Positions 14,686-15,658 of a stretch of DNA of 15,658 nucleotides are shown here, piece by piece. Source of the stretch: a bacterium. Lineage in GTDB: Bacteria > BMS3Abin14. Location of the stretch: NCBI GenBank assembly GCA_020349685.1, contig CP070698.1:1884429-1900086 (forward strand), in the 5' to 3' direction. Position 1 is the first letter of the stretch. The number at the start of each line of letters is the position of its first letter. A program made the position numbers and the translations under genes. The notes beneath the pieces were generated by a model. It saw only the letters and a list, made by a program, of their open reading frames with translations. It had not been told where the DNA came from and did no database searches.

Positions 14686-15471
14686 ATGTCGACGGAACGC
14701 GCCGATCCGAGGGATACCTTCTCGAAAAGTGCCCAGCGGTACCTCGTGAGCAGGGAGCATCTGTCCGGTCCGGATCTTGAGGTCATCAAAAAGGTGGCTT
14801 CTCTTCATTTTCCGGAAGTAACCGTGGATGTAGCCACGGGGGCTGGTCATGCCCTCAGGGCGGCGTGTCCCTATTCGGGCTCGTGCGCCGCCCTGGACCT
14901 GACCATGGAGATGCTCCGGGTAGCCAGGGAACACCTTGCCGGCGCCGGGCTTACGAACATCCACTTCATCCAGTCCCTGGCGGACCACCTGCCCTTGGCC
15001 GACAGCAGTGTTTCGCTCCTGACCTGCCGCATCGCACCCCATCACTTCCCCAGCATCCAGGGTTTTTTAAGCGAGGTTGACCGCGTTCTTCATCCGGAGG
15101 GACAGTGTGTCATCGTCGACAGCGTGGTCCCCGACGATTCCGATTGTGACCGTTTCATCAACGATGTGGAAAGGCTGCGCGATGCCAGCCATGTTCGCTC
15201 CCACACACTTGAGCAGTGGCTGGGCTCTTTCGAGGCGGCGGGCCTGGAGGTGTCATCGGTGGAGCTTTTCGAGAGGGAGCATCCCTTCCGGGAGTGGGCT
15301 GCGCGAACGGGTCTCGACGAGAACGGGATCCGAACCCTCGAGTTGAAATTTCTCGAGGCACCTCACCATATCAGGGAGAGGTTCAAGGTGTGCCTGAACG
15401 AAGAGGGACAGATGGAATCGTACACTGACGAGAAGGGGATATTTGTGGCAAGGAAAGGAAGTGGAAAATAG
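14686..15471 (+). CDS. Class I SAM-dependent methyltransferase (UbiE/YafE-like)
   Basis: Motif I VDVATGAGH, LDLT.EML, CRIAPHHF, RVL.P.G and ERLRDASHVR. Starts 7 nt after the rlmD stop; AAGGTG SD-like sequence upstream. Confidence 0.88.
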   Translation: MSTERADPRDTFSKSAQRYLVSREHLSGPDLEVIKKVASLHFPEVTVDVATGAGHALRAACPYSGSCAALDLTMEMLRVAREHLAGAGLTNIHFIQSLADHLPLADSSVSLLTCRIAPHHFPSIQGFLSEVDRVLHPEGQCVIVDSVVPDDSDCDRFINDVERLRDASHVRSHTLEQWLGSFEAAGLEVSSVELFEREHPFREWAARTGLDENGIRTLELKFLEAPHHIRERFKVCLNEEGQMESYTDEKGIFVARKGSGK

Positions 15472-15496
15472 GACATGGAGAATGGAAAATGAAAAT
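15462..15496. repeat. Heptamer array overlapping the methyltransferase stop codon
   Basis: TGGAAAA TAGGACA TGGAGAA TGGAAAA TGAAAAT; same unit family as 12603-12644. Confidence 0.7.
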
Positions 15497-15518
15497 ACCG
15501 GGCATTTTCATGCCCGGT
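15497..15518. terminator. Probable bidirectional intrinsic terminator hairpin
   Basis: Perfect 9-bp stem ACCGGGCAT-TTTC-ATGCCCGGT between convergent genes. Followed by TCTT on + and ATTTTCATTTT on -. Confidence 0.7.
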
Positions 15519-15527
15519 TCTTGGTCT

Positions 15528-15569
15528 ATTCTGTCTTCTGCATTCTGCATTCTGAATTCTGAATTCTGC
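15528..15569. repeat. Heptamer tandem repeat (ATTCTGM)
   Basis: ATTCTGT CTTCTGC ATTCTGC ATTCTGA ATTCTGA ATTCTGC. Confidence 0.85.
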
Positions 15570-15571
15570 TT

Positions 15572-15658
15572 TTACAGCATCTCCTCGTTCACCTTTATCC
15601 TGTCTCCCATCTCTTCCTTGAGGGCCTGGATGTACCCGCCCAGGACATCCTGCTCTCT
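15572..15658 (-). CDS. 3' end of a convergent gene (partial; ...REQDVLGGYIQALKEEMGDRIKVNEEML*), resembling SurA/PpiD-type chaperone C-termini
   Basis: Open frame from the window end to TAA at 15574-15572. An amphipathic helix followed by IKVN resembles parvulin-type chaperone tails; the product call is tentative. Confidence 0.55.
   Translation of the reverse strand, partial: REQDVLGGYIQALKEEMGDRIKVNEEML

Overview
GC-rich, chromosome-like bacterial DNA; the gene content suggests a Deltaproteobacteria/Desulfobacterota-like host, which is inference. The left ~11.3 kb is one tightly packed + strand cluster. In order it encodes: a ParM/StbA-type actin-like ATPase; a translationally coupled 928-aa exported protein with 8 Ig-like CHB_HEX_C/Fn3-associated repeats and a Reg_prop-type beta-propeller; a zinc-ribbon+FHA protein; a membrane HAMP/HD-GYP phosphodiesterase; a TPR-like lipoprotein that probably starts at a non-canonical ATC; a small unknown protein; a MepM/Csd3-like M23 peptidase; and a 3xGAF sigma54-type AAA+ regulator. 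The right part holds a MITE-like palindromic element, a DUF318-type permease, a DUF3467 protein, a 5'-truncated GGDEF gene, an RlmD-family RNA methyltransferase, a class I SAM methyltransferase and the 3' end of a convergent gene. Most of the longer intergenic gaps carry degenerate 6-, 7- or 8-nt tandem repeats, often as inverted pairs. The best candidate for an undescribed system is the actin cluster, which has no parR/parC in view and instead links the actin to envelope, peptidoglycan-remodelling and signalling proteins. Family assignments come from motif recognition only; no searches were run.
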